Shown here one piece after another: positions 39,283 to 49,702 of a stretch of 64,000 nucleotides of DNA. Position 1 is the first letter of the stretch. Each line of letters opens with the position of its first letter. The position numbers and the translations under genes were made by a program. Under the pieces are notes generated by a model. It saw only the letters and a program-made list of their open reading frames with translations, ran no database searches and had not been told where the DNA came from. The DNA comes from an uncultured Candidatus Saccharibacteria bacterium (GTDB taxonomy: Bacteria > Patescibacteriota > Minisyncoccia > Ryanbacterales > GWA2-47-10b). The stretch spans positions 148,522 through 212,521 of the forward strand of contig CAYHJF010000002.1 of assembly GCA_964356915.1 (NCBI GenBank), read 5' to 3'.

Positions 39283-41301
39283 CTAGATCTCAATTTCCTG
39301 AACTGATTTTTCTTGCACTTTTCCATATCCACATGGTGGCCCCGGATCTGGAACACGCGTCTGATCCGTTGCACTGACAAGACCCGTTGCTGCGTGCCAA
39401 TGAAGTTCACCGCACCCTCCGGGGCCATGGTCTCCCTCCTGAATCAACTGATCAACAGGTAAATATTTTCCGTTATAACTAATTACTTTGATTTTTTTCT
39501 TTCCTACATTGGTACCGCCTGCAGCACCAGTCTCACTACCTCCCGCTGATCCGCCGGACGTGCCCGTACTTCCAGTCGGCGAAGTTACACTTGTTCCAGT
39601 TTTTTTCTCAACATCAGGACATTTCTTTGTACCCAATTGACCATCATTGCCATTTGGTTTGCCCGCCCCACCCTTACCACCATTGCCCGGACCACACCCA
39701 TCTCCACCGTTACCTCCATTACCACCCGTTTCATCTATAACAGTTCCCTCGGCACCATCACCTGAAGTCCCCTTACCACCCTTACCAGCTTTTGCGACCG
39801 CTCCTCCTCCGCCTCCACCATTGCCACCGGTAGGCTTGAGTTCGCACATGCCACCAGCTCCACCATCGCCCCCATGCGCATCAGCATTGCCACCCGCGCC
39901 ACCGTTTGCTACTCCTGTCGCACCAACAAGCTTCACGGATGCATCTCCCCCCAAACCACCGGTTGCCTCTGCGTTACCGCCCTTACCACCAGCACACTTA
40001 CATCCCGTGCCATTACCTCCTTTACCTGGACTTGCAACAGCCTGGCCTCCCCAACCACCATCTACCTGATCAATGGAAACATTTGAAATACCAGCGACCG
40101 AACCAAGTGCTGATAGTTCTTTTTTGTTGTTACCTCCCTTACCTGCGATTGCATTGGCGTCAGCACCCTTTTTCCCAGGACACGCATCTGTGCCATCCTT
40201 ACCATACGCAGTTGCGTTTCCTCCGTTACCTCCAACGCCCGGCACAACATGGAAGGAAACAATTTCAATCGTTCCCTCGGCAGTCATTTTAAAATTACCA
40301 GCCTCTCCTCCATCGCCACCCGTTGCCCGAGCAACTGGGTCACAATCTTTTAGCGTCTCGGCCGTACCTCCCACTCCTCCATCACCAAGCTCGAGACGAA
40401 AATTATTTAAGTGAATGTTGCCTGCCTTCATACGAAAACGAAAAGCATCTTCACCTCGATCACCCTGCACAGCGCACCCCTCTCCAATCGTAGAGCGCCC
40501 CTCACGTCCGTCAGGTCCTACAAGATGAAAATTTTCTAACGCAACATTGCCATCTTGTCCAAAATCAAAATTCAAAACAATTTTTTTAATATCTTGAGGG
40601 ACTCCTGGAATCTCAATGCCTTCTGGAGGAGTCGCCCCATCTCCAATGTGCCATGTACCTCCAATAACAATATTTGGAACACTCTTACCATCTTTATCAC
40701 GAGGCTCTTGTGCATGTGCCTCTGTTATCAAAGAAATTTTGCGCGAGCTATCACCGGATGGAATAACAGCAACCTGTTGAGTAACACCTTCCGCCACAAA
40801 CGGACCAATGCGCGTTCCTTTGCCTTCATTTTTCCCAGTCTCTTCATAGAGCGCGTCAAGGGCTCCTTCGCTCATGACTAGCCGATCGGGTGAAGAAACA
40901 ATCTGGACAGTTCCATTGGCAACAACAACCGCATCATTACCAAATTGGATACCATCAGTTGCTACAAGAGTGATTGCATTACTCGAACGCGTTGCGTCAC
41001 TCATATTCTCTCCGATTCCGCATCCAAGAACGCCATCAACCTTTATCGCGCCATTTACGATAATATTCAGCGGAGTCTCTTTACACACAAGAGCGCCCGT
41101 AATCCTCAGATTACCATTCACCGTCAATCGTCCTCCCTCAACAATCGCTTTTTCTTTCCCCGTGATCTCCTGATCCCCCTCGAGAGTTGCAACGGAAATT
41201 GTTCGAACGATCGTGTATGCGTCTTCCGACCGCGACCGATACCACCAAACACCCCCTCCGATCAATAAAATCATGCACAAACCTAAAATAATTTTTTTCA
41301 T
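39283..41301 (-). CDS. Membrane-anchored glycine-rich repeat surface protein
   Basis: N-terminal TM; long GGxGGxGG arrays punctuated by Cys; C-terminal Cys/His domain. Confidence 0.8.
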   Translation of the reverse strand: MKKIILGLCMILLIGGGVWWYRSRSEDAYTIVRTISVATLEGDQEITGKEKAIVEGGRLTVNGNLRITGALVCKETPLNIIVNGAIKVDGVLGCGIGENMSDATRSSNAITLVATDGIQFGNDAVVVANGTVQIVSSPDRLVMSEGALDALYEETGKNEGKGTRIGPFVAEGVTQQVAVIPSGDSSRKISLITEAHAQEPRDKDGKSVPNIVIGGTWHIGDGATPPEGIEIPGVPQDIKKIVLNFDFGQDGNVALENFHLVGPDGREGRSTIGEGCAVQGDRGEDAFRFRMKAGNIHLNNFRLELGDGGVGGTAETLKDCDPVARATGGDGGEAGNFKMTAEGTIEIVSFHVVPGVGGNGGNATAYGKDGTDACPGKKGADANAIAGKGGNNKKELSALGSVAGISNVSIDQVDGGWGGQAVASPGKGGNGTGCKCAGGKGGNAEATGGLGGDASVKLVGATGVANGGAGGNADAHGGDGGAGGMCELKPTGGNGGGGGGAVAKAGKGGKGTSGDGAEGTVIDETGGNGGNGGDGCGPGNGGKGGAGKPNGNDGQLGTKKCPDVEKKTGTSVTSPTGSTGTSGGSAGGSETGAAGGTNVGKKKIKVISYNGKYLPVDQLIQEGDHGPGGCGELHWHAATGLVSATDQTRVPDPGPPCGYGKVQEKSVQEIEI

Positions 41302-41457
41302 AAGTATAGTAAAAGCGTAAAAAGTCCTTTCATTTGAGCGTATCAAGCAACCTCATAAAAGTCGAGTACGAAACGATTTTTAGTATATTGTTTGCAAATT
41401 AGCCAAAGCCCGTTAGCATGGGGGCAGATTCCCTAACAAACGGAGGAATATCATACG

Positions 41458-42834
41458 ATGTGCGGGATCGTAGGAATCGCTAACGCAGCTGGAGCGGCAG
41501 AATATACTTATGTTGGACTTCACGCCATCCAACACCGCGCCATTGAATACGCGGGCATGGTAACTACGGATGGCAGTGACGCATTTACTCATCATGGGAC
41601 AGGAGTTGTGCGTCAAGTTTTCAATCAACCAATACTCGATAATCTGCATGGACGTTTTGCTCTCGGACATATCCGCTATGCGACAGTTGAAGACAAGAAT
41701 TCTCATCAACGGAACATCCAACCTCTCATCGCTACTGTTGGAGATTCGTTTGTCGCCATTGCGCACAACGGCAATCTAACAAACGCGGACTCCTTGCGCC
41801 AAGAACTTCTGAATGACGGCGCTCTCTTCGCAACATCACTCGATACAGAGGTTATTCTTCATCGGTTTATGCGTGCATCGGGCACACCGACCGAACGCCT
41901 CATCAAAGCACTCGATGGCGTGCGAGGAAGTTACACTCTCGTTCTTCTTATGCCAGACATGATGATCGCAACTGTCGACCCGTCTGGTAACCGACCTCTA
42001 ATGCTCGGACAAAAAGATGGCGGATACTTTATCGCATCAGAAAGCGCCGCATTCCAGGCGATGGGAGTAACACGCATGCGCGAGATTGAACCACGGGAAA
42101 TTATCGCTATCACAAAAGATACGATCAAGACTTCTTTTCTTCCCGATTGGACGGCAGGAGTACGTCGTCGTTGTCGATTTGAACACGTATACTATGCCCT
42201 ACCATCCAGTATTATGTTCGGCCAAGATGTTGCGAACTTTCGTCTGCGACTTGGCAGAGCGCTCGAACTCACATCCCCCACATTAGACGCAGACTATGTC
42301 TTTGGAGTACCTGATAGCGCAACATTCATCGCCTATGGGTACGGAGCTTCTGGTCGAAGTGGCATCTATGTACCAGGGATCTTACGTAACCATTACGTGG
42401 GACGCACCTTCATTCAAGGTCGCCAAGGTCTTCGCGATACTGGCGTCAGCCGTAAATTCAGCGTTGTGCCAGAATTTGTACGCGGAAAAAAAATAGCTCT
42501 CATTGATGACTCTATCGTTCGACTTACGACAATGCCACGACTTGTCGAACGTCTCAGAGCGCTCGACGCAAAAGAAATTCATGTACGCATCGGCTCTCCT
42601 CAAGTTATCAGCCCGTGTCACTATGGTATCGATACCCCGACTCACAGTGAATTAGCAGCAGCTATGATGTCACTCGATGCCATGAAAACTCGCATCAACT
42701 GCGATTCACTCGAATTTCTTTCGTTAAAAACTCTCCGCTCTTTATCCTCAAAACCCGATGATTACTGCTATGCGTGCTGGACAGGACAATATCCGGCTTG
42801 CATGGAACCACAAGAAAACGCCGCCCCTACCTAA
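41458..42834 (+). CDS. purF: Amidophosphoribosyltransferase
   Basis: MCGIVG, GHIRYAT, HNGN, VPDS, LIDDSIVR, CHYGID, C.AC. Confidence 0.9.
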   Translation: MCGIVGIANAAGAAEYTYVGLHAIQHRAIEYAGMVTTDGSDAFTHHGTGVVRQVFNQPILDNLHGRFALGHIRYATVEDKNSHQRNIQPLIATVGDSFVAIAHNGNLTNADSLRQELLNDGALFATSLDTEVILHRFMRASGTPTERLIKALDGVRGSYTLVLLMPDMMIATVDPSGNRPLMLGQKDGGYFIASESAAFQAMGVTRMREIEPREIIAITKDTIKTSFLPDWTAGVRRRCRFEHVYYALPSSIMFGQDVANFRLRLGRALELTSPTLDADYVFGVPDSATFIAYGYGASGRSGIYVPGILRNHYVGRTFIQGRQGLRDTGVSRKFSVVPEFVRGKKIALIDDSIVRLTTMPRLVERLRALDAKEIHVRIGSPQVISPCHYGIDTPTHSELAAAMMSLDAMKTRINCDSLEFLSLKTLRSLSSKPDDYCYACWTGQYPACMEPQENAAPT

Positions 42835-42847
42835 CGGGGCGGTTTTT
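42820..42847 (+). terminator. Terminator after purF
   Basis: CCGCCCC / GGGGCGG then TTTTT. Confidence 0.65.
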
Positions 42848-42867
42848 ATATCTTTATATGAAAAAGC

Positions 42868-43293
42868 CTACTCCTGTTTTTTAAGATCAAGCGAGACTGA
42901 GTTAATGCAAAAACGCTTACCAGATGCTGGAGCACCATCGGGCATCTTTGTTGGCCCATCATCAAAAACATGTCCTAAGTGAGCACCACATCGTCCACAC
43001 TGCACTTCAGTTCTCATCATCCCATGTTCATGATCTTCTTCAAATTTTATATGCTCACGATTCACTGGATCAGTAAAACTCGGCCATCCTGTACCTGAAT
43101 CAAATTTTGTCTCAGACGAAAAAAGCTCTTGCCCACACGCGGCACATACATACATGCCTGTATCTTTTGTTTTATAGTATTTGCCAGTAAACGCTCGCTC
43201 CGTCCCCTTTTCGCGCGCAATATGATAAAGCTCTGGCGGTAATTCTTTACGCCACTCTTCTTCTGCTTTCGTAATAATATCTTTTGAATCCAT
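42868..43293 (-). CDS. msrB: Methionine-R-sulfoxide reductase
   Basis: [25 protein letters not shown]. Confidence 0.95.
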   Translation of the reverse strand: MDSKDIITKAEEEWRKELPPELYHIAREKGTERAFTGKYYKTKDTGMYVCAACGQELFSSETKFDSGTGWPSFTDPVNREHIKFEEDHEHGMMRTEVQCGRCGAHLGHVFDDGPTKMPDGAPASGKRFCINSVSLDLKKQE

Positions 43294-43298
43294 ATCTA

Positions 43299-43955
43299 TT
43301 ATTCTTGTTCTTCTGTTGTTGATACTTTTAATGTAGCCCCCTCTAGTAACTCCTCGAAATGAATATCGAGCGGGCGGAGAAATCGCTCTGGCGTTGCATA
43401 AAACGGACCGCCAAATTTCAAAAAGCCATCATGAATTGGAAACACGATACGCGGTTTTATTTGTTTTGCAAATTCAATCACCTCCGATGTTTTAACCCAT
43501 GGAGCGCAAACCGGCAACGCAAGGGCGATAACTTTTTTCGGAGGCACAAACAATGCGTCTCCTGGATGATATAAAATGGAGTTAATAAGATATCCCGTAT
43601 TAATAACTAAATCAGCACCATCACAGATAAATGCATGGTCCTTACCAAAGCCCTCAATCGGGACTCCCTGTATCTCAACTCGCTCTCCATCTTCTACAAT
43701 TTCACATGAGACCCCGGCAGAATGTAAGATCGCCCCAACTCCTTTATTACATATGACTCGAACCATCGGATTGCGCTCCCGTACTTTTTCAAGCGAGTCA
43801 AGATCTAAGTGATCAGGATGTTCATGCGTAACAATCACCGCATGAATATTCTCTACGTCATTTTGAGCTGCCGAGTAACGCCCTGGGTCAGTCATGATTC
43901 GAATACCACCAGTTTCAACTACAAGGCAACTATGCCCAATCTTTGTTACACGCAT
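43299..43955 (-). CDS. Metallo-beta-lactamase-fold hydrolase
   Basis: GHSC, TDPG, THEHPDH, HPGD, PIHD. Confidence 0.88.
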   Translation of the reverse strand: MRVTKIGHSCLVVETGGIRIMTDPGRYSAAQNDVENIHAVIVTHEHPDHLDLDSLEKVRERNPMVRVICNKGVGAILHSAGVSCEIVEDGERVEIQGVPIEGFGKDHAFICDGADLVINTGYLINSILYHPGDALFVPPKKVIALALPVCAPWVKTSEVIEFAKQIKPRIVFPIHDGFLKFGGPFYATPERFLRPLDIHFEELLEGATLKVSTTEEQE

Positions 43956-44004
43956 ACCTATGAGTATATCGTTTCTTTGGAAAAATAAAAAAGGCCCCAA
44001 AAAT

Positions 44005-44382
44005 TTATGGAGCCGTAGCAGACTGAGCACCCTTGGGGCGCTGAAGACGTTCGCTCGCTCGACGAGCTACCTTCTTATTGTGTGTCAGAAACTTTGGAGC
44101 AAGGCGTGGGTAACGCTCTCCATCACATTTTCTAAGTATTTCAAACTGAATCTGGGCATGACCACGAGAATGAAGAAATGCCTGCACATCACCAAACGTA
44201 CACAACCAAAGATTGCGAGGGATGCCATCGGCACACCGCACCCCCTCCTCGGCAATGTCCGTCTTCCCAGCGAGGAATACTGCAATTACTTCATTCGTAT
44301 GAGCATTATTATATCTTGCAGCAATATACCACTGGCAATGACGAGCTCGACGCCTCTTCGAATTCTTTAGTACGTCTACCAC
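44005..44382 (-). CDS. Hypothetical protein
   Basis: GGAGGT RBS before GTG 44382; fills the intergenic gap. Confidence 0.5.
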   Translation of the reverse strand: MVDVLKNSKRRRARHCQWYIAARYNNAHTNEVIAVFLAGKTDIAEEGVRCADGIPRNLWLCTFGDVQAFLHSRGHAQIQFEILRKCDGERYPRLAPKFLTHNKKVARRASERLQRPKGAQSATAP

Positions 44383-44452
44383 CGCAGACCTCCGAAAGCC
44401 ATAATACAATATTTTTATAAAAAATCAAGCCTACTCGCGCACCTTGCCGACC

Positions 44453-45490
44453 CTATCGAACCAACATCCCATCCCCAAAAGAAAATAATCGAAACTTTGC
44501 TTTTATAGCCATTTGATAAAGCTCCAAAAGTTTTTTACGCCCCACAAATGCCGAAACGAGCATCATCAAACTAGAACGCGGCACATGAAAATTAGTAACG
44601 AGTGCGTCAACAAAGCGCATCTTGTCATGCTCCCGAATAAACATGCGAGTTGTACCTGATAACTTTGTAATATTCCCTCGCGCGTCTGTCGCCGATTCAA
44701 GCGTACGCGTAACTGTCGTTCCAATGGCAACAATCTGTCTTTTAGATTTTTTTGCTTCATTTAGTCGTTTTTGTGTCCTTGCCTCTATATAAAAATATTC
44801 TCCGTGTAACTCTCCTTTGTGCCACTGCTCTTCTGTAAGTGACGCGAACGTCCCACGTCCCACATGGAGCGTTACATATTCAATATGAAAACCTTGACGT
44901 TTCAAACGAGCAATAAGACGTTTTGTAAAATGGAGAGATGCCGTGGGCGCCGCAACTGATCCCTTTGTTTCTGCAAAAACCGTCTGATACTCACTCTTTA
45001 ACTCGCGCCCTGACAGCGGTGACTGCTTAATATAAGGCGGAATGGGCATCGTTCCATGCTTCTCAAAAAATGGGATGACTCGCAAAGCGGTCATACGAAA
45101 CTCAAATACCCATTCACCTCCTTCACGCGCCTTTACTTGAGCAATGTATTTCTTTTTGAAAAAAAGTTTTGAGCCGAGGACAAGCGGGCGATCCGCGAGA
45201 CATCGGACACGTGGGCCTTGATGAGAAAGATATACTATCTTCACTCGTCCTCCTGTTTCTTTTTGTAACTCCAGTCGCGCGGGAATAACTTTTGTCTTAT
45301 TAAAAACAAGCACCGCATGCTTTGGAAGGTATGCGTCAAGATGAGCAAACGTGTCTAAAGAAACCGCGCCTGTCGCACGATTAAAAACTAAGAGCCGTGC
45401 GCTATCGCGTGGACGCGCAGGCTTTTGTGCGATAAGTTCTGAGGGTACTAAATAATTAAAACGCGCAATCTCACGCCGAAACGCGTTCAT
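44453..45490 (-). CDS. queA: SAM:tRNA ribosyltransferase-isomerase
   Basis: LIAQKP, PIPPYI, AAPTASLHF, TNFHVPRSS, FSFGDGM. Confidence 0.95.
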   Translation of the reverse strand: MNAFRREIARFNYLVPSELIAQKPARPRDSARLLVFNRATGAVSLDTFAHLDAYLPKHAVLVFNKTKVIPARLELQKETGGRVKIVYLSHQGPRVRCLADRPLVLGSKLFFKKKYIAQVKAREGGEWVFEFRMTALRVIPFFEKHGTMPIPPYIKQSPLSGRELKSEYQTVFAETKGSVAAPTASLHFTKRLIARLKRQGFHIEYVTLHVGRGTFASLTEEQWHKGELHGEYFYIEARTQKRLNEAKKSKRQIVAIGTTVTRTLESATDARGNITKLSGTTRMFIREHDKMRFVDALVTNFHVPRSSLMMLVSAFVGRKKLLELYQMAIKAKFRLFSFGDGMLVR

Positions 45491-45494
45491 CGTA

Positions 45495-46901
45495 CTACAC
45501 TCGACCGATAAAAATAAGATTCGTACTGCCTCTCGTTCCAAACGGGACTCCCGCACTCACGACAAACAGCTCCCCCTTCTTAAGTCCTTGGGTCACCGCA
45601 ACACGATGCGCGAGCGGCATTGCTTCATCGAATGTCTTAATGGGTTTTTCAAGAAACGTTGTCACTCCCCACGTAACAGAAAGTTGATGAAGTGTCGCAA
45701 CACTCGTTGTTAGTGCAGTAATCGGCTGCTGATGTCGATGCCGAGAAATGCGACGCGCAGTTGAACCGGTTTCCGTAAATACAATGATGAGTTTTGCAGC
45801 CACTTGATCGGCGATACTACATGCGGAGGCAGCGACCGCATCAGCGGTGTGATTGTTGTCAGAAAAAATCCTTCGTACAATTTTTGGTGTCGAAGTTTTT
45901 ATAATATCCGCCATCGTACGTACTGCCTCTTCAGGGAATTTTCCTGCGGCAGTTTCACCGGAAAGCATAACGGCATCAGAACCATCCAAAATTGCTTTTG
46001 TAACGTCTGTTACTTCAGCGCGTGTTGGTAAGGGATTATGGATCATAGACTCAAGCATTTGCGTTGCCGTAATAACAGGTTTTGCATGCGCCATACATTT
46101 TATGATCAATTCTTTTTGAATAAATGGAATCTCTGGCATAGGAACGGAAAGTCCAAGATCGCCTCGCGCGATCATAAGACCATCGGCAGCCTCTAAGATG
46201 CCATCCACTTCTCGCACAGCATCAGCTGTCTCAATCTTTGCGATAACCTGAGGACGAGAACCATTTTTTGGCAATAACACTTTCACTGCTTCGATATCTC
46301 GAGCATCTTGTACAAATGAAACTGCAAGAAAATCTGCACCAAGTTTCACCATCGCCTTAATATCTGTCTTATCTTTTTGGGAAAGCTGAAAACGTCCCAT
46401 ACTCAAACCTTGGACGGAAAAACCCTTCCGCGATTTCAGAAGACCTCCGATAAGTACCCGAGCCTTCACGCCCTCTTTTGTCTTTTCAAGAACCTGAAAT
46501 TTCAAGAGTCCATCGTCAAGGTAAATTTCCATACCCTTCTCAAGACGCTTTAGTATATCAGGAAAATTAAGGTTGATGCCTCCATCAAGAGTTCCATTTA
46601 CCTTTTTAGAGACCAGACTTACCGTTTGACCACTATGCAATTCGAGCGGTGGCTCAACCATCCCGATACGAATTTTTGGTCCCGCAAGATCCCCAAGCAC
46701 AGCGAGTTGAGTATTCAGTTCTTTTCCAACACTACGAATCCATGCGATCGTCTGAACGCATTCCTCCTCAGTGCGATGCGACAAATTAAGCCGAAAAACA
46801 TTAACGCCCGCTTGCGCGAGCTTTTTTATCATGATTTTATTGTCACTCGCCGGTCCCAGCGTTGCGACAATCTTAACCTGCTTTCGCATCATGAACGCCA
46901 T
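45495..46901 (-). CDS. pyk: Pyruvate kinase
   Basis: KIVATLGPAS, AKIE, ARGDLG, ATQMLESM, MLSGET. Confidence 0.96.
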   Translation of the reverse strand: MAFMMRKQVKIVATLGPASDNKIMIKKLAQAGVNVFRLNLSHRTEEECVQTIAWIRSVGKELNTQLAVLGDLAGPKIRIGMVEPPLELHSGQTVSLVSKKVNGTLDGGINLNFPDILKRLEKGMEIYLDDGLLKFQVLEKTKEGVKARVLIGGLLKSRKGFSVQGLSMGRFQLSQKDKTDIKAMVKLGADFLAVSFVQDARDIEAVKVLLPKNGSRPQVIAKIETADAVREVDGILEAADGLMIARGDLGLSVPMPEIPFIQKELIIKCMAHAKPVITATQMLESMIHNPLPTRAEVTDVTKAILDGSDAVMLSGETAAGKFPEEAVRTMADIIKTSTPKIVRRIFSDNNHTADAVAASACSIADQVAAKLIIVFTETGSTARRISRHRHQQPITALTTSVATLHQLSVTWGVTTFLEKPIKTFDEAMPLAHRVAVTQGLKKGELFVVSAGVPFGTRGSTNLIFIGRV

Positions 46902-46924
46902 TATCCCACACGATCTTTAATCTA

Positions 46925-47569
46925 TCAAGACATCACCTCAATGGCACGCGCGATATCACGAAAAATTTTATATACATCTTTTACTGTCTGGGCAATTTTT
47001 TCAAAATCACTCTTTACTGAAGCGGTCGGATGTTCTATACGCCCAATACGCGCAACATTTGCATGTGCATCCTTCAATAGCATCTCCGCGGAGTGAAGTT
47101 TTTGTTTAAGCGCGAGAACATCGCGTCCCTCGCTCGCACGCGCATCGAGCGCTTGAGCAATCTGCTCTCTACGAGCATCTGCAACGACAAGCGTATGCTG
47201 TTCAATGGTCTCCACGAGCTCTCTTACAATTTCTTTTCGAATACGTGCGTATTCGCCCACTCGATACTCGCGAAGCTCACTAGTAATATCTTTGATATCC
47301 TGATCTGAGGTAGCGGCCTCTGCTTTTATACGAACTGCGTCCAATACTTTCGCATCGATGCTCGACTCTTCATTAAATCGCTCCCGATTTTTCTTAAATG
47401 CTTCTATCTGCTTATGCAACGCGCCAATGGCTTTCATGAGTGACTCGTGCCGTATACTAGAATTCTTCACCGGCCGTATACTTGGCATTTCGGCAGCATA
47501 TATATTCCCGGCACCACACAATAAAAATGCGGCAACGATATATATTTTAATTTTAGTGTTTCGTTTCAT
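46925..47569 (-). CDS. Exported helical/coiled-coil protein
   Basis: Signal peptide; overlaps the anti-sigma-like gene. Confidence 0.6.
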   Translation of the reverse strand: MKRNTKIKIYIVAAFLLCGAGNIYAAEMPSIRPVKNSSIRHESLMKAIGALHKQIEAFKKNRERFNEESSIDAKVLDAVRIKAEAATSDQDIKDITSELREYRVGEYARIRKEIVRELVETIEQHTLVVADARREQIAQALDARASEGRDVLALKQKLHSAEMLLKDAHANVARIGRIEHPTASVKSDFEKIAQTVKDVYKIFRDIARAIEVMS

Positions 47570-48111
47570 TACTGTAACTCTCCAAACGCAGCATCGATCG
47601 CCCCTTCATCGAGTAAATCGGTGAGGTCAAGACTAAAATCAATGGCCACTTCTTCTTCATCGATCGTAGCAACGGAAAGATTTTCAGCAGTCAATGGTGC
47701 TACCTTCATCATCATAGTGCCGCCGCCTGTCGGCACACTAAGACTCTCAAATGAAGGTGGCATCTGATTTTCTAGCCCATCCACTGAAACTGACGACTCA
47801 CTTGATTCATTCTTTATATCTCTTTTTTGAGGTTGCACCGATCCCTTTGGAAACATCACGGCAACTAAAGCTACTGCCAATATACTTACCGGTAATGCAA
47901 ATCGCCATGAAAACGCGCTTCCATGAACGTGTGAATATTTGAAAGAAGAAATTACCTTTTTTGCCAATGATCGAGTAGGCAAGTGAGACTGAAGAACGTA
48001 TATCGTATCAAAATACTCTTTTGTCTCTGGATACTGACGCACGACATCCTCAATAGAACTCCCTTCATCAAAGAGTTTTAATGCCGCTTCAAGTTTTATA
48101 TCCTCATTCAT
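47569..48111 (-). CDS. Putative anti-sigma factor (single TM)
   Basis: Overlaps the ECF sigma stop; central TM, acidic C-terminus. Confidence 0.6.
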   Translation of the reverse strand: MNEDIKLEAALKLFDEGSSIEDVVRQYPETKEYFDTIYVLQSHLPTRSLAKKVISSFKYSHVHGSAFSWRFALPVSILAVALVAVMFPKGSVQPQKRDIKNESSESSVSVDGLENQMPPSFESLSVPTGGGTMMMKVAPLTAENLSVATIDEEEVAIDFSLDLTDLLDEGAIDAAFGELQ

Positions 48112-48671
48112 AGTAATTTTGATTCTTTCAATTGTACGCGTAAAACCTTGAGCGCTCGGCTTTGCATCTGACGTACCGCATCTTCTGATTGTCCTGTAGA
48201 ACGCGCGACTTCTTTTGAAGACTTCCCTTCAATGAAGCGGAGGCGCACAATTTCTCGCTGTGCTTCTGGCAACAAAAGAAGTGCTCTCTCAACAAGTCTC
48301 ACATGCTCCATATGTTCAGCGTATGCTTTTGGGCCCGAGCTATCATCTGCGGCAAAATCCTCAAGCATCTCGGGTTCATCGGGGATAATATCTTTTTTCT
48401 TTTTATAATGATCAATCGTTGAATTACGAGCAATGCGATATAGCCACGCAGAGAAAGGCATGCCACGATTCTCATATCGTCCGAGTGCTTTCCACGCCTT
48501 CACGAATACTGACTGAGTGATATCTTCTGCATCATGTCGATTGCGAACACGTACAAATACGTATCGAAAAATTGGAGCAACGAATGAGCTATAGAGCTCT
48601 CCGAATGCATCCTCATCCCCGGCTTGCGCCCGCTCAACAAGGGTGATTACTGTCTCGTCAGTATGTGCCAT
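48108..48671 (-). CDS. ECF sigma-70 factor
   Basis: AFGELY, DAEDITQ, FSAWLYRIARN, region 4 HTH. Confidence 0.92.
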   Translation of the reverse strand: MAHTDETVITLVERAQAGDEDAFGELYSSFVAPIFRYVFVRVRNRHDAEDITQSVFVKAWKALGRYENRGMPFSAWLYRIARNSTIDHYKKKKDIIPDEPEMLEDFAADDSSGPKAYAEHMEHVRLVERALLLLPEAQREIVRLRFIEGKSSKEVARSTGQSEDAVRQMQSRALKVLRVQLKESKLL

Positions 48672-48684
48672 AGATAATAACGAT

Positions 48685-49389
48685 TTAACTTTGTGAATGT
48701 GACACGAGATATGTAGCAATAATTGCCGCCGTTTCAGCGCGAAGCGTCAGCACGCCAAGGCCTGTTTCGCGAACATCATACTCGCGAGCTTGAATGAGCT
48801 CCTCCTCAGCCCATCCTCCTTCCGGCCCAATAAAAAGCCCCGCCGACACAATAGATCCCTGAGCAATCAAGGGAGGTGCCCCGATATTAAAAAAAAGACA
48901 GATATCATGATCCCGCGACGCAGCTACTAACGCTTCATTAAAAATTATTGGTTCACGAATTTCAGGGACTACGCCACGACCCGATTGCTCTGCAGCCTCT
49001 CGCGCGATCACCCGCAATCGATCAAGCTTCAATGCCTGCTTTACCGTGCGCTGCGTAAGTACGGGAACAATACACGCCACGCCCGCCTCAGTTGTTTTCT
49101 CGACTGCAAAATCAACATGCTCTCGCTTCAGTATAGCAAGATATAATGTCGTCCGAAGTCGAGGCTCTCTTGTGTTATGAATGCGCTCTTGTATGCGTGC
49201 TGTAAGAGCTGTTTTACTGACCAAAACAATAGAAACAATAACCTCATCAAGCGTACCGTTTGCAAGAATGATAGTATCTCCAACACCAAGCCTCAGAACT
49301 CTTATTATCTGATGAATCAACTTGGCATCCGTGAGGATAACCTCACTGCCTTCAAATGAATTTTGAACAAAGAAACGATGAAGCCTCAT
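48685..49389 (-). CDS. rsmE: 16S rRNA m3U1498 methyltransferase
   Basis: RVLRL, EAAEQSGR, IGPEGG, LRAETA. Confidence 0.93.
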   Translation of the reverse strand: MRLHRFFVQNSFEGSEVILTDAKLIHQIIRVLRLGVGDTIILANGTLDEVIVSIVLVSKTALTARIQERIHNTREPRLRTTLYLAILKREHVDFAVEKTTEAGVACIVPVLTQRTVKQALKLDRLRVIAREAAEQSGRGVVPEIREPIIFNEALVAASRDHDICLFFNIGAPPLIAQGSIVSAGLFIGPEGGWAEEELIQAREYDVRETGLGVLTLRAETAAIIATYLVSHSQS

Positions 49390-49416
49390 ATATGACTAGT
49401 ATACCGTAAACGACAA

Positions 49417-49434
49417 CGCCCCTTGAAAGGGGCG
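49417..49434. terminator. Hairpin after small ORF
   Basis: CGCCCCT-TGAA-AGGGGCG. Confidence 0.5.
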
Positions 49435-49460
49435 CCAAAAACTAAGGAAACCAAACCTGA

Positions 49461-49619
49461 CTACTCAAAAAATCTGACGTTGATGAAAAACATCCACACG
49501 ATACTGCTGGCGACAAGCCCTGCAAGAAAACCTGAAAGTGAAGAAGCGACAACGCTTCCAAGCTTAAATTTGTAATCGCGACTTTCGTGCGATACGAAAT
49601 CTCGTACGAGTTGATCCAT
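49461..49619 (-). CDS. 52-aa single-TM protein (not in ORF track)
   Basis: MDQLVRDFVSHESRDYKFKLGSVVASSLSGFLAGLVASSIVWMFFINVRFFE, followed by a hairpin. Confidence 0.6.
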   Translation of the reverse strand: MDQLVRDFVSHESRDYKFKLGSVVASSLSGFLAGLVASSIVWMFFINVRFFE

Positions 49620-49702
49620 AGTTGGAAAATGATGATTTATGAAGTTTGAGGCGACTTTCTATTATTGTATCACGATTTATCCTCACAAGCAGGTACTAAG
49701 GC

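Noticed and set aside
39600-40500. Gly-rich region as a DNA tandem repeat or collagen
   Set aside because: Repetition is at protein level with varied codons, and the pattern is GGx rather than sustained Gly-X-Y
33137-45490. tgt and queA as a novel deazaguanine DNA-modification system
   Set aside because: Both look like ordinary tRNA queuosine salvage enzymes, lie 10 kb apart, and have no dpd-like neighbours
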